This document shows, piece after piece, positions 40,989-55,400 of a stretch of 64,000 nucleotides of DNA. The notes under the pieces were generated by a model. It was not told the origin of the DNA, made no database searches, and saw only the letters and a list, made by a program, of their open reading frames with translations. The DNA is taken from assembly GCF_009914755.1 (NCBI RefSeq), contig NC_060935.1. One strand, 5' to 3'. The position numbers and the translations under genes were made by a program. Numbering within the stretch: the first letter of the stretch is position 1; each line of letters opens with the position of its first letter. Origin of the DNA: the human T2T-CHM13v2.0 reference genome, Homo sapiens.

Positions 40989-43663
40989 TAAACTTTAGAA
41001 TCAAGTTATAGATAACACGTATGCACTCTTTGAAATTCACAACTCTGACACAGTGGTATGGCAAAGGTCATTTAATTTACCCATTCAGGGTGAGCTGAGG
41101 CCCAAGGCAGTTAAGAACTTGTCCAATGTCATAAACAGACTCAAATTCAGGTCTCCACTGCCAAACCCCCAGCATTTTTCTCTCTACTGTATCTCCAGAC
41201 AGAACAATGAAACATGTCCATGTACTGGCTCCAGCTGATTGCCTCATATACCTGGCCTGGATGCAAAACAGAACCCAGTATTTATCAGAAACACAGATCT
41301 ACTGCACAGCAACCTGCCTGTAAAGCTACCAACAGTTCAGAGTGACTGGGAAACTGACAGCTTGTGGTGTTAAGAGGGCAGGGAATGAGGAAGTTGGCAC
41401 CTCCACATGCCAGAAATGAGAGCGGTCAAGCTGTTAGGATGTGGCTCCCTGAACTGTCCTTCAAAAACCAAATGGCTCACTGGAACTATCATTAAGATAC
41501 TAAGATACCAAGTAAATTATCTGTGCTAAAATACAGCTATTTCACAAGTACATCTCTAAAGCTGAGTGGGAAATTAGTCTCTTGTATCATGTATGACATG
41601 TGACACTTCTTCCCAAACTGACATCTAAAAAAATCTATTTTTCTATATATTTTTTTCTTGTTAGAGAAATAATACCAGTTTTAGGAAAAAAATTTAAAAA
41701 TGCAGAAAACTATAAGAATAAAACCAAAATCATTTATTTGTATCACACTAAGGTAACCACCATTACAAATTTAGTGTTTTCCTTTTAGTTTTTGTTCTAT
41801 GTTTATACCTAGTATCTGAGGATTGTTCTTTTTAATTAATTTTAATTAATTATTTCACTTGGCCCACTGTATTGGGATGTGTGTATGTCTGAATTTCTTG
41901 TTACAGTATCATAGGCATTTCCTATGACATTGCATATTTTCATGATGACTTTCAATGGTTGCATTATATTCTATCATATGGCTCAATAATTATTCATTTA
42001 ATAATTCTGCTACTGTTAGAAAATTTGCTACTCAAAGCACAGTCTTGTACATGTCTTCATTTATATCTCTGATCTCAAAATTGTCCTTAAGTAAGGACAA
42101 GGATGCTTTTTGTCTTAGGAGGCAGCTCTCTTCAAAGATTTTGTTGTCAGTTTTGTCAAAATGTGTGTGTTTTTAACACATTAATGCCATATTTTTCCCA
42201 CTGTCTTCACATCTGAAAACAATGTAAGACGCTTAACTTGTCTCTTTTCCATCAGTTTGTTTGTTTTTACCCTTCTGGTAGCTCTCAGCCAGATACAAAT
42301 GTCTTTTTTTAAAGTTAAGATAGAGATGTGGGACAGTGACCTTTAAAATGGAGATCCTCAAATGAAAACTAAACCAAGTAACTGTCAAAAAAACAAAAAA
42401 AAACCCATACAGACTTGTCATTAATAAGGACCTGCCAGACAGAGCTTGCCAATGGTTTCAATGCTTCTGTGCATAAGAATTACTGAGATGGCCTGAAAAA
42501 CTTTTTCTTCCAATTTCAATGAGTTGAATTTTCTCACTTTTGAAATGTGCAAATATAAACATAATAAAATGATAATGAAATGGGAAAAAATCCAACTTAT
42601 TTTTCTCTTCTTCCCTCTTCTGAGAATATATAAGGCTGATGGCTGAACTCTTTCTTTTGCCATCTTAATTACCTTTTTCTGTCCAGTTTATCAAATCTGT
42701 GCAGTCATTTGCATTGAGTGATTGAAATCATCTAAGGCACTACACTAACTATATTTTTAAAGCAATGTTTAAACTGTATATATAAAGTGTCTTAAGGTGG
42801 AGTGGGTAATTGATTGACTACTGGTATAATTTTAGAGTCACCAAAGAGCACATCAACCTTAATATACTTTCCCACAACCCCAGTCACTTCCATATTATGT
42901 GACCTTTATTACAAGAAAGGAATACTATAGGCTAAAATTTCTTGTAGATACATGCAAAAATGCTCAGCAAAATATTAACAAATGAAGCCAGCAACATACA
43001 TAAAGAATGACAAAATGGAGTGTATTCTAGGAATACAATAATAGTTTAGCATTTGAAATCAAAAAGTATAATTCATTATATTAACAGAATAAAGAAGCAG
43101 TGCAATATGAACATCTCAGTAGTTGAAGGAAAAGCAATTAGCAAAATTCAATATCCACTTATGATAAAAAAAATCAGCAAACTGGAAATAGAAGGAAACT
43201 TCCTCAATCTGATGAAAGGCATCTATTAAAAAATCTATAGTTAACATTAAATTAGCTAAACTCTGAACATTCTCCCACTAAGATTGGGAATAGGGAAAGA
43301 TGTCTGTTCTCATCATTTCTACTTAACATTATGCCAAAAGTCCTAACCAGTGCAAGAAGGCAAGAAGAAAGAAAGGACATAAAGATTGGAAAAGAAGAAG
43401 TAAAACATTATTTGAAGACCATATTATTTTTTATGTAGAAAGTTCTAAGAAATTGAAACAAAAATTAATAGAACTAAAACATAAGTTTAGCAAGATCTCA
43501 GGATATGAGGTCAACATGCAAAAATCAATTGTACAGTATTTCTATATACTAACAGCAAGCAATCGGAAACATTTTTATCCATTTGTAATAGTGTCAAAAA
43601 TAAAATGCTCAGGAATAAATTTGACAAAAGACATGCAAAATATGTTGAAAACTACAAAACATG

Positions 43664-44039
<376 letters not shown>

Positions 44040-44157
44040 TCAATATTGCTAAGATGTCAGTTCTTCCCCTGTTGATTTATGGAGCCAATGCAACCCCAGT
44101 GATAATACCTGTATCTATAAGGTATACCTCACACCTGTATAAGTATAGGTCAATTGA

Positions 44158-44328
44158 TTTTTTTTTTTTTTTTAGATGGAGTCTTGCTCTGTTCCCCAGG
44201 CTGGAGTGCAGTGGTGCAATCTTGGCTCACTGCAACCTCCACCTCCTGTGTTCAAGAGATTCTCCCACCTCAGCCTCCCAGTAGCTGGGATTACAGGCAT
44301 GTGCCACCACGCCCAGCTAATTTTCTGT
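44158..44328 (-). mobile_element. Alu right arm (5'-truncated)
   Basis: Poly-T then GATGGAGTCTTGCTCTG; TSD GGTCAATTGATTTT. Confidence 0.93.
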
Positions 44329-44605
44329 ATTGGTCAATTGATTTTAAACAAAGATGCCCAATAAATTCAATGAAAACAGGGAAGTTTGTTCAACAAATGA
44401 TGCTGGAACAATTGAACACACACATACAAATATATATTTGAGTATGTGAACATATATGTGTGTGTATATAAATATATATATATGTAAAGATAAAGCTTGG
44501 CCCCATCTTATACCCTACCTACAAAAAAATTAATTTGAGGTAAGTTATATACCCTAATATAAGAGCTAAAATGATTACACTTTTAGTAGAAAACAGAGTA
44601 ATATT

Positions 44606-44892
44606 ATAAGCTAAAAAAATCCTAAGCTCCCTAACTGAACAGACCCCCTCTTAGCCAAGGGGACTCCAGTGAAACCCACAAATCTGAGTTCTTTGTTATG
44701 ATGAGAAGCGAAGTCAGTCACGCCTCATCATGGAGCGTAGGCACAAGTGACCAACATTAATGTTAAAATAGAAGTCATAAGACTGACAAAACAGGCTTTT
44801 TGTGGTAATAGAATACCAAATTACAAAAAAACCTAAGTCTATGCAAGGCCAGGGTTAAGTCACACACCATAAAATCCCGTTAATGTGTCTCT

Positions 44893-44943
<51 letters not shown>

Positions 44944-45375
44944 TGTTTTAAGTAACCTGGTATAATGTGGCTTACCTTCCAACCAGACTCTAGTGTAGCA
45001 TCACATGACAGATAGCAGACTGTGTATCTTAAGCTTTTTTTTTTTCTACTGACTTCAAGTATTTAGATAAAGCTTCACTGCTTCAAACCAATTGCTAACT
45101 AAAGAACACCTAAAACCCACCTATGACTTTAAGCCCCTACTTTGAGATGTCCCACCTTTTCAGGCCAAACCAATATATACATTCCATTGATTTATGATTT
45201 TACCTGCAATTTCTGTCTCCCTGAAATATATAAAGCCAAACTATAACCCGATTGCCTTGGGCTCACTTTTTCAGGACCTCTTGAGACTGTGTATCCCTGA
45301 GCTGCAGTCACTCATATTGGCTCAGAACAAACCCTCTTTAAAACGTTTTATAGAGTTTAAACTATATTCTGTTAA
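44606..45375 (+). mobile_element. ERV1 solo LTR (MER4/MER39-group-like) containing (TG)n
   Basis: CTAAGCTCCC...AACAGACCCCCTCTTAGCCAAGGGGAC...CACCTATGAC...GTCACTCATATTGGCTCAGAA. Confidence 0.7.
44896..44942. repeat. Long pure (TG)n microsatellite
   Basis: Direct reading, about 23 units. Confidence 0.95.
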
Positions 45376-45394
45376 TATCTTGTGAGATTATAAA

Positions 45395-45750
45395 AATACA
45401 CATATATGGCCTCTGCCCTGGTTTCCTGGCACACCTCTCTGAAAACGCTTGGAATCTCCAAAGTGAAGTTTTTTCAAGATATGCTAATAAAATGACTGAT
45501 GGGTGGGGACTCCTGAAGAGATGGGGACTGATTGCCAGAGGAACCAATCACGTGATTAGGGGTTGGAACTTTCAGCACCACCCCCAATCTCCAGGATGGA
45601 GGGGCTGAAGATTGAGTTAATCACCAATGGCCAATAATTTAATCAATCGTGTCTCTGTAGTGAAGTCATTATAAAACCCTAAAGGACAGGGTTCAGACAG
45701 CTTCTAGGTTGCTGAATACATGCAGGGAGGGTGGTGTACCACAACTCCTG
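45395..45750 (+). mobile_element. MER21-like LTR fragment
   Basis: CTCTGCCCTGGTTTCCTGGCACA...ACCAATCACGTGATTAGGGGTTGGAACTTTCAGC...AATCACCAATGGCCAAT. Confidence 0.7.
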
Positions 45751-48050
45751 GAGGAAAGAAAAAGCTGAAGAAAAAAGTTTTTAAAAATGGCATCCCAAGG
45801 TGGCTGCAGGCAGGATATACAGTTAATAACTGTGAACAATTAATATAAACTAGGCCTATGAACAAAAGCTGAAATCTCAGCCTGCAAGCCTAGAATATGT
45901 CAAATATTCCACTGACCTGTGTTGATGACAACCTTGCCTATAGATGAAGAATAAAGGCAAGATAAAATCAATCATCCCTCCCCAGACCCCGAGATGCCTA
46001 CATACATGTTAATCTTTTACTCTATATACCTGAACCACATATTTGCTTTATCTTATTTATAACAACACTGAGCACCATTTAGAGTTGTAAGAATGTCACC
46101 TTTCCTTCTCGGCCACCTTCTCATTTTCTGTGAAAGAGAATGTATAAGTACTGTGCTTCGGGTAGTCCACTCCAGGACACATTCTTGGTTTGCCCTGAGA
46201 CTCTGTTTCCAGGGTACAGTTAAGAAATTCTGACATTCTGGGATGGGCCATTTGGAGGTGTATTTGCATAAGGACCAATGTAAACTTGGGAGAAGTTATC
46301 TAGAGGACTTTTAGACAAATGGTCAGATCTTAAGGCTCCTCAATTAGGACTCTCAACCAAAAGGAAGATCATTGTCCACCTCTAGGAGAGCCCAAGATAG
46401 CAAAGAACTTACCCAGAGGTAAGAAGGCCCCAGGACACTGGTTGATTGGAGGGGGAGAAAGATGCTTTTGAATGTGACACTGTGTTGGTCCTTATAGACG
46501 TCCTCTGATCAGATCAAATGGAGTTGGTCTTAAGTTTCCTGATGGAGGGAGCTATAAAAAAATGAGAAAACAAAATCACATGTTAGTGAATCCTCGTAAG
46601 TGACAGCAACACTGCTGAGAGAGCCCTTCCCCATCTCAGGAGGTGTGATACTGACAAGGTGAAGCTCCAATGGCAATACCAAGGTCAATCCATGAGGCAG
46701 GCATAGTAACATTTTTAGGAAACTGAGCAAGCCAATAAGTTGCATTCTTTTCTTCCAACAAATTCCTGAATGAATTGAAAAAGAAGATACAGGGATGAGG
46801 TGGATGAAGAGGAAATGATTATTTTTATTACTATTGAAGTTGATGTAGAAGAATGTGAGTTTTATCTGGAGGCAGATGGAATTCCCAAGGCTAAACTCCA
46901 GAACTAGACAGACTTACCTACTCAGCCACAGGTAGTTCCAGACCCAAACCAGTTTTTATTATTCAGTTTCCCCGGTTATCCTTGCATTGCTATGGTCTGA
47001 GAAAGCAAGAATTGTACCTTTTTTATTTTTTAATTATGGAAAGTATAACACATTACAAGAGTATAATAAACCTCAACGTAACTGTGAACCAAAAGGTTAA
47101 ATAACGGGGCCTCCAAATAACCCACCCTAGAAGGTCAGAATTTCTTAACTGACTCTGCAGATGAGGCTTTCTCCTGTCGGAGTTGTAGATTTATAAGAAA
47201 TGGATCTCTGAGGATCTCTCCTCAGCCAGAAGACTAGGTCAGAGAGGTTGGGTGACTATCAAGGATTCCCAACTAGGAAATAGCATAGGTTAAGTAGAAT
47301 TGAGATACTCTAATTCCCAATCCAGAATTAAAAGTCTTATCTATAAAGATACGCTCTTAAGGAATTTTTTGTTTGAATGAAAGGAAAGAAACCCAATGCA
47401 AACTAGTTTAAACTCAAAATGGAATTTATTGGAAGGAGACTGAGGTAGTTCACAGAATCAGAAAAAATACTAGAAACAAGGATACACTGAAAATTTCAGG
47501 GAATAGAAGTGTGGACACAAATACCGTTAATACTCTGTCTCTCTTCTCATCTTTTTCTTTTCTTATAGATAGTTCCTCAGAAATTTCATACCAATAATAA
47601 AGTCCTTGGGATTACAGATGTGTTTTAAAACCAAATTAGCGCAAATTATGGTTATTCTTATAAATGCATTAGAATTATATTTATATTGAAGTGCACAGAA
47701 TGTTTTTTCCTCTTTTGTCCTGGTATTACATTTAGAAAATTTACTATTAAAAAATTTTAAAAGGCGATACCTTGATACTTCATTGTTCATCTTTCCTGGG
47801 ACAAGTTATCACACTTATCTCAGTCTGCCTTAACATTGGCTTATTTCAGTATCAGACTCCTCCACTAGATAGTCTCCTTTCCAGCTTTAGGTTTGCCACT
47901 CCCCTTGAGTATCACTGCATTTCATTTGCACCCTCACCAGTCAGGAAGATTAAGTTAAAATTCACTTTCTGTTGTTTATATTACAAAAACAATAAGTATT
48001 TTTTCACACACATCCTGTCCCACCAACCTACCACTCTTTGGTGTGTGGGA

Positions 48051-48566
48051 TGTTAGGAAAGGCAGTCATGGGCAGTTCGTTGGACCCTTGCAAGCTGTGT
48101 AAGAATGTACATTGGGCCTGGCACACTTCCTTTCATGCTGATAAGGACCCTTTATGGCCTGTGCTGGGCTTATTGTCTTCTTTGGGAGGATTTCTCCCTA
48201 TTCCGGGCTTGATGTGTACTTTAGTGTTCTGCTTAAAGTATATGGGTTATATGGCCCCTGGCCAACCACACTGCTATGGAGGAAACGGGTCCTTTACTTG
48301 CAGCACAAGAAGGGTGCATGCAGACCATCTCCCTGCGTCATCTGCAAGGTGAGACCTGCTGGCCATGGGGGACCCATGCTTACTATTAAGCCTGATCTTG
48401 TCTCTTCGCTATGTGAGTAAAGCCTTGTTCCCTCCAGTGCCTGTGACTTGATTCTTTGAGTCTTTCCCGGTGATCCCGATGCCTGCAAACCATGCAATGG
48501 GTTGACATCTGGGGCCTCTTCCTCCTGGTGGCAGGCATTGTTATGCTCTTTCCTATCCTCCCCACA
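48051..48566 (+). mobile_element. Solo LTR (LTR47-like, ERVL)
   Basis: TGTTAGGAAAGGCAGTC start, AGTAAA polyA-like signal, ..CCCACA end. Confidence 0.6.
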
Positions 48567-50639
48567 GTGGGACTTTCCTAGAAAGAGTGACAGGGGTCAC
48601 TTGCTCAGCAGAGGGGGATGTTGGGAGCATGTGGGATATGCCCTTCCTGCATATCACTTGAGAAACACTATCTATAGAACATACTTATTTTAATTCCTTG
48701 CCATTCCTACCTTTTCATAGATGCCCAATACATGGTACTTGAAGTACATTGGCCTGTAATAAATACCACCTCAAAGATCCCGCTGGGCAACTCGGAGAGC
48801 CGCAGCCCCACTCCTAGAGCCATTTCTGCGGCATCTTCTCTATGGAAGAGGAGGATGCTCCTTCACCTCAGCCCTGACCCCCCAGGGACAAAGGTGGCTT
48901 GCCTGAGGCAACCAGCCCACAATCTGATTACCGCAGCTTCCCCTGGAGATGGAGTCACTGACCCAAAAAGAACAAGGGCTGAGGTTCCCAAACCCTCACC
49001 TCAACTGCAGGTCTGATCTAGTAGCACATCCAGACATTTAGCTGGGCTAAGTATCTGTAGTTAAGACTGTAACAAAATCGATCAATGACCTGCAGTCCTT
49101 CCTTGCTTGTCCAGTAGATTAAAATGAGGTGGGGTGAAAACATATGATGGTATCAGGGAGCTGGCATTATTGGTAGTTCCAGACTGTCCTGTACTTGACA
49201 TGCAAATGAAGAGGGAAGACGAATGCCTTAGGTTTTGTTCTATACACACAGCTATGGTTATGGCCATAAAGCCCTTGCTTTCTAACTCAAAGCTGTCTCC
49301 TTGTTCCTACAACAAATGCATGACTTACTCACTGAAACAAATCACAGAGTCCGTATATAAATGCATCGCTAGAGATTTCGACAAGAAGAAGACCCAAAAA
49401 AAGACTGTTTTTCCCTGCTCAGTGAAGATGTCAGTCAGCGCCCAAGCATTCCGGGAATGTGATGGAAATTGCATATACAGAAAAGTATGCTGTTAGTGTA
49501 TTAGTAAGGGTGACCTATTCTTTTAGGCTATTCAGAGAAATAACTGTCATTTGCAGTGATTTTAGTCAACTGTTCTCTCTATCATTTTGTGTAATTAGGG
49601 ACAGCCATTTTCTCAAGGGTAGCAAAACATGCAGAGATTCAGTTTTCCCCCCGCCCTGTAGAACAGCTCCATTTCTGTAAGCCTCAGAACGTTAATGGTC
49701 TTTGAGCAAAACAAGTCACTGAGGCAGCCGTGGCATCAACATGGAACATGAGGGTAACCAGGCAGAGAGGCACAGCTGACATGTGTAATCAGCTCCGTGG
49801 GCAGAGGAGGGATGAGTGACGGAGCTGTTTGCGGAATGTCCTACCTGTCCATCACTGGTGCCAAAATGCCCTCTTGGATATTCGGCCTCTTATTTTTCTC
49901 TCTGGAGATCAGAGCCCCTAAGGACATCAAAGCTTTATGTATTTTAACATGTCAGAGGAGAAAGTGATAAAATTTTCCTGCCACACAGGGTAAAGGGAAT
50001 TTAAATATGTAATTGTTTTCAGAAGTTGCTTTGTTCTAGCACTACCCTTTTATCTACTGCTCTGAGAAATGACTTCATTTAGCCAAACTCTTCCCCTCCT
50101 GCCTCTACCACAGGCTTTTTCAAAGCATAAGCCACATGGCTTCGCTTCATTAGCGTCTTTGTTTGTATACCAGCATCATTGATGATATCAGTTATAGCTC
50201 TGGGAGTATGGTTTGTTCATACATTAACCATCATTAGGAACAAATAGCAAACAGCTTTTCTCAGGAGCAAAGCCCATTCCCTGAGCTGACACTTAGAGCC
50301 TAAGAAATGAAGCTCCATCTAGGTACTGTTTATGCCTGATTCTTAAGCTTTGTTTTACATTAGCTCTGGTGTAGTCTCCTGAGTTTAGACAACTAACCCC
50401 CTATGCCAGTGTAGAAAGAGCTGCTGTTGTTGTTTTATGAGATTCACAAACAGTGTCCTTGTCACTGACAGCACCTAGAAGTCCCAGAGTCTTCGTTTTT
50501 TATGCTTTTTAGCTGTTTCAGGTTGTCATTAAGTCATGGATGATCTTACCTGTGGCATCCAGAGACTAAGTGAAGTCTTGGCTCTCAACACTTCAATTTA
50601 CACAGCTAAATACTTTAAAAAAGAAGAACATATATATTA

Positions 50640-51074
<435 letters not shown>

Positions 51075-51967
51075 GAACACTTCCAATAGGAGTTACTTTC
51101 TCCAGTGCATTTCCTGTGACTTGATTTATCTGAGTGGTGAAAGACCTACTTCTGAAGAGTGGTAGATGATAGATACGGTGTAACTGAATCAAATCCTTCA
51201 GCTGATGCATTTTCCCAGTCATCTAAAATCCACAGTGCAAAGCAATCCATTGATTACTAAATTTTCAATACTTTTTACAACTAACTCTCATATTCGCTTT
51301 ATGTTTGATTGATTTCTTGGGCCAAGGCTATTAATGAAACAAAAACGAGTCTAAAACAGTAGATTCCTTGAAACACACACAGACATGGCCAAAAACCTTG
51401 CTTCCTCTCTTTCCAGCATAACTTGATTATCTGTAAATGGTGACAGACACTTTATCTGTGATCTGAACTGTCCTATTATTAAGTGACCAAAAAGATTAGC
51501 CATATGTTTTTAGTCTGATGCCTCAGGTCAAATGTATTGTGGACAAAAGAGATAGGAACAAACCTTCCCTGTGCTAACAGACCATATCTGCTTGAATTCT
51601 TCCTTACCTGTGATGCAGGCAGAAAATTTCTGTACTGTGGCTGACAGTCTGCGGGTCAATGTGAGAGGGGGTCCTTAGGGAGGATGTTCCATGCCCCAGG
51701 GAGAAGCCTAGGACTGTGTAGAATTCTCTCTGCAGTTTACGTGTTGCTGGAATACCCCTGCTCCCCAAGGAGAAGCTGGTAGTTGGCAACGAGCAATGTT
51801 TGTGTACTTAGCCACAATGTCACAGACTTAACCTGTGGCAGGTATGATGTCTGCCAAAAATAGACAGGTCTGTCCTTGCAAAGCTTGATATTCTGAGGTT
51901 ATATGACTCACTTTAGATATAATTTTGCAATTCAGCTAAGCTACCATGGATAATGAATGGTATAAAC

Positions 51968-52468
<501 letters not shown>

Positions 52469-52939
52469 CTCTAGAGAAGTTGCCTTCAATTCTTTTGATT
52501 TTGCATGCTATCAGTTTAAATAAAACAAAACACTCACATACATACAAACCCACAATGCCTTAAATATGAACCCCCAATACTGTATACTGTATATTTTTAT
52601 TTATGTATAAATTATATACAAGTACGAATGTGCTAATATATTGTCTTCATAATAAAACATTTAAGAAAATTTTTTAAAATGAGATATAGATGCATAATGC
52701 TTTTGAATGTAAATTTAATTGTGACGACTTCATACTATCATTTCCTAAGAGCTGAAAGTACAATATATACTGAGGGCTAGGTTCACAGTTTATGTCAGAA
52801 GATTTAAATCCATAATTCCAATAGTTTTCTTGGTAATTGAAAAAAATTTGGCTAACTTTCTATTAGATCTAAATAGGTCCTTGTTTTTGTCTTGTGAAGT
52901 CACTGGCAAAAAACTGAAACCATTTTTTATTATAACAAC

Positions 52940-53140
52940 ATATTATTTGCTCTACACTAGAGACTGCCCTAAGAGTTTCAAAAATATTAGCTTATTTAAT
53001 TATCATAACAGCCCTGTGTGATGGGTACTATTAGTAACCCCTTTTTAAACATTTGAAACCCGTAGCACACAGAGGTTAGGTAACTTGCCTGAAGTCACAG
53101 CTGCTAGGTGGCTGGCTCCAGAATCCTTGCTCTTATCTAC
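52940..53140. mobile_element. MIR relic
   Basis: ATTTAATTATCATAACAGCCCTGTG...GCACACAGAGGTTAGGTAACTTGCCTGAAGTCACAG. Confidence 0.75.
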
Positions 53141-53946
53141 TGAATTAAGCTGCCCAAGCAGGCATAGGGGAAGCATTAGCTCTTCCACTTTCTTGCCCTC
53201 CCTTACACTTTCACTATTAGAATTCAACTTCGGTCCACACTTTCAGGAATATCACTTGTCTATTTGGTGTATGGTGACTTTAAGTCAAACTGGATAATTT
53301 AGTCCAAAAATCCACTTAACCAGGCACATGTAAACCGCAATGTACATTGCAATATAATGAATGGAAGTGAATGAATGAGGGCTCCACTGTCAAACCCTCA
53401 ACCTTATGGAATTCCCTCTTCCCCTTTAGGAAAACCAGAGAAACGTGTCCATCTGATAGATGGACTAACTGAGGGTGCCAGGGTCAATTTGAATATTAAA
53501 AATTATTTAGCCTTAAATTTTTCTTATATTTTTGAAATATAGAAATCCTAACATATTCTTTGAATCCCCTGGTCATCTTGGGTACCTCTTGAGATATTCC
53601 ATCCACAATCATCTACAGGAGTGATCTTATGTCCCAATTATATTATACTGTGTCCCCAATAAAATGTTGACCTTGTGTACAGTAATAAACATAATAAAGA
53701 CTAATCTACACCATGATTAGCATTACATTCAAATAATTGCAATGGTACAGTCAGATGTCATTGCACTAATCTTCAGCTATTATTAATCATTTTGTTAACT
53801 TAAAACCCTGCTCCTCTCTTCTGGACTTAGAAAATAATCTGCAAAGGGACTTGAGCACTGGGCAGCAGCTTGTTGTGAAATATCTCACCCAGCAGTATTC
53901 CTTCTACTTCCAATTTCTCAGTCTGTGGACTGGTGCTTAACACTCT

Positions 53947-54131
53947 CGACTGGTTCTCACACTTACCTGCATACCACAATCACCTGGAGGGCTTGTTATA
54001 ACACAGATTACCCTGGACTGGAGTTTCTCATTGGGTAGATCTGGAATGGGCACCAAGAATTTGCATATCTAACGCGTTTACAGGTGATGGTGATGCTGCT
54101 GCTCCAGGTGCCACACTTTGAGAATCACTGC
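53947..54131. mobile_element. MER5A-like hAT MITE
   Basis: TGGTTCTCA...AATCACCTGGAGGGCTTGTT...AAGAATTTGCATATCTAAC...CACACTTTGAGAATCACTG. Confidence 0.85.
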
Positions 54132-54628
54132 TCTAGATAACTATCTGGTCCAGCTCTCCCCAGGAAGGAGAAATTGGCTTTCAGTTGTCTATGTAAGTTT
54201 TCTATTCCAATAACCTTGTTTTCAGCCATCAATCTTGATCTCACATCAACCGCATATCCCAGGTGAACCACTTAGAGCTATTCCTGCTGTCAGCCCGTAT
54301 TCCACGCCAATTCCGGCTCAGCCCTTGCTCAGCAACAACCCACTACCAGGCCTATCCTCAGCAGTAATTCCTGGCCTGTGGTGGAGCAGAAGCTGGCATA
54401 ATCATGAGAAGAACTGTACAAGGTTGTATGCTTTTCCTTCTTTGCACTCTCTATTCTTATTCCGTTCAGTTTCATATGGTCACACCCATGTTTCAACTAT
54501 CACCTCAAGGTACGACTCCTAAACTGTACATGTACAGCTCTTACCTCTCTCCTGAGCCCCAGACCTACACATCTCAGTTTCCCACTGGACATCTCTACAT
54601 TGATGGGCCCTAAGCATCTGAAACTCAA

Positions 54629-55400
<772 letters not shown>

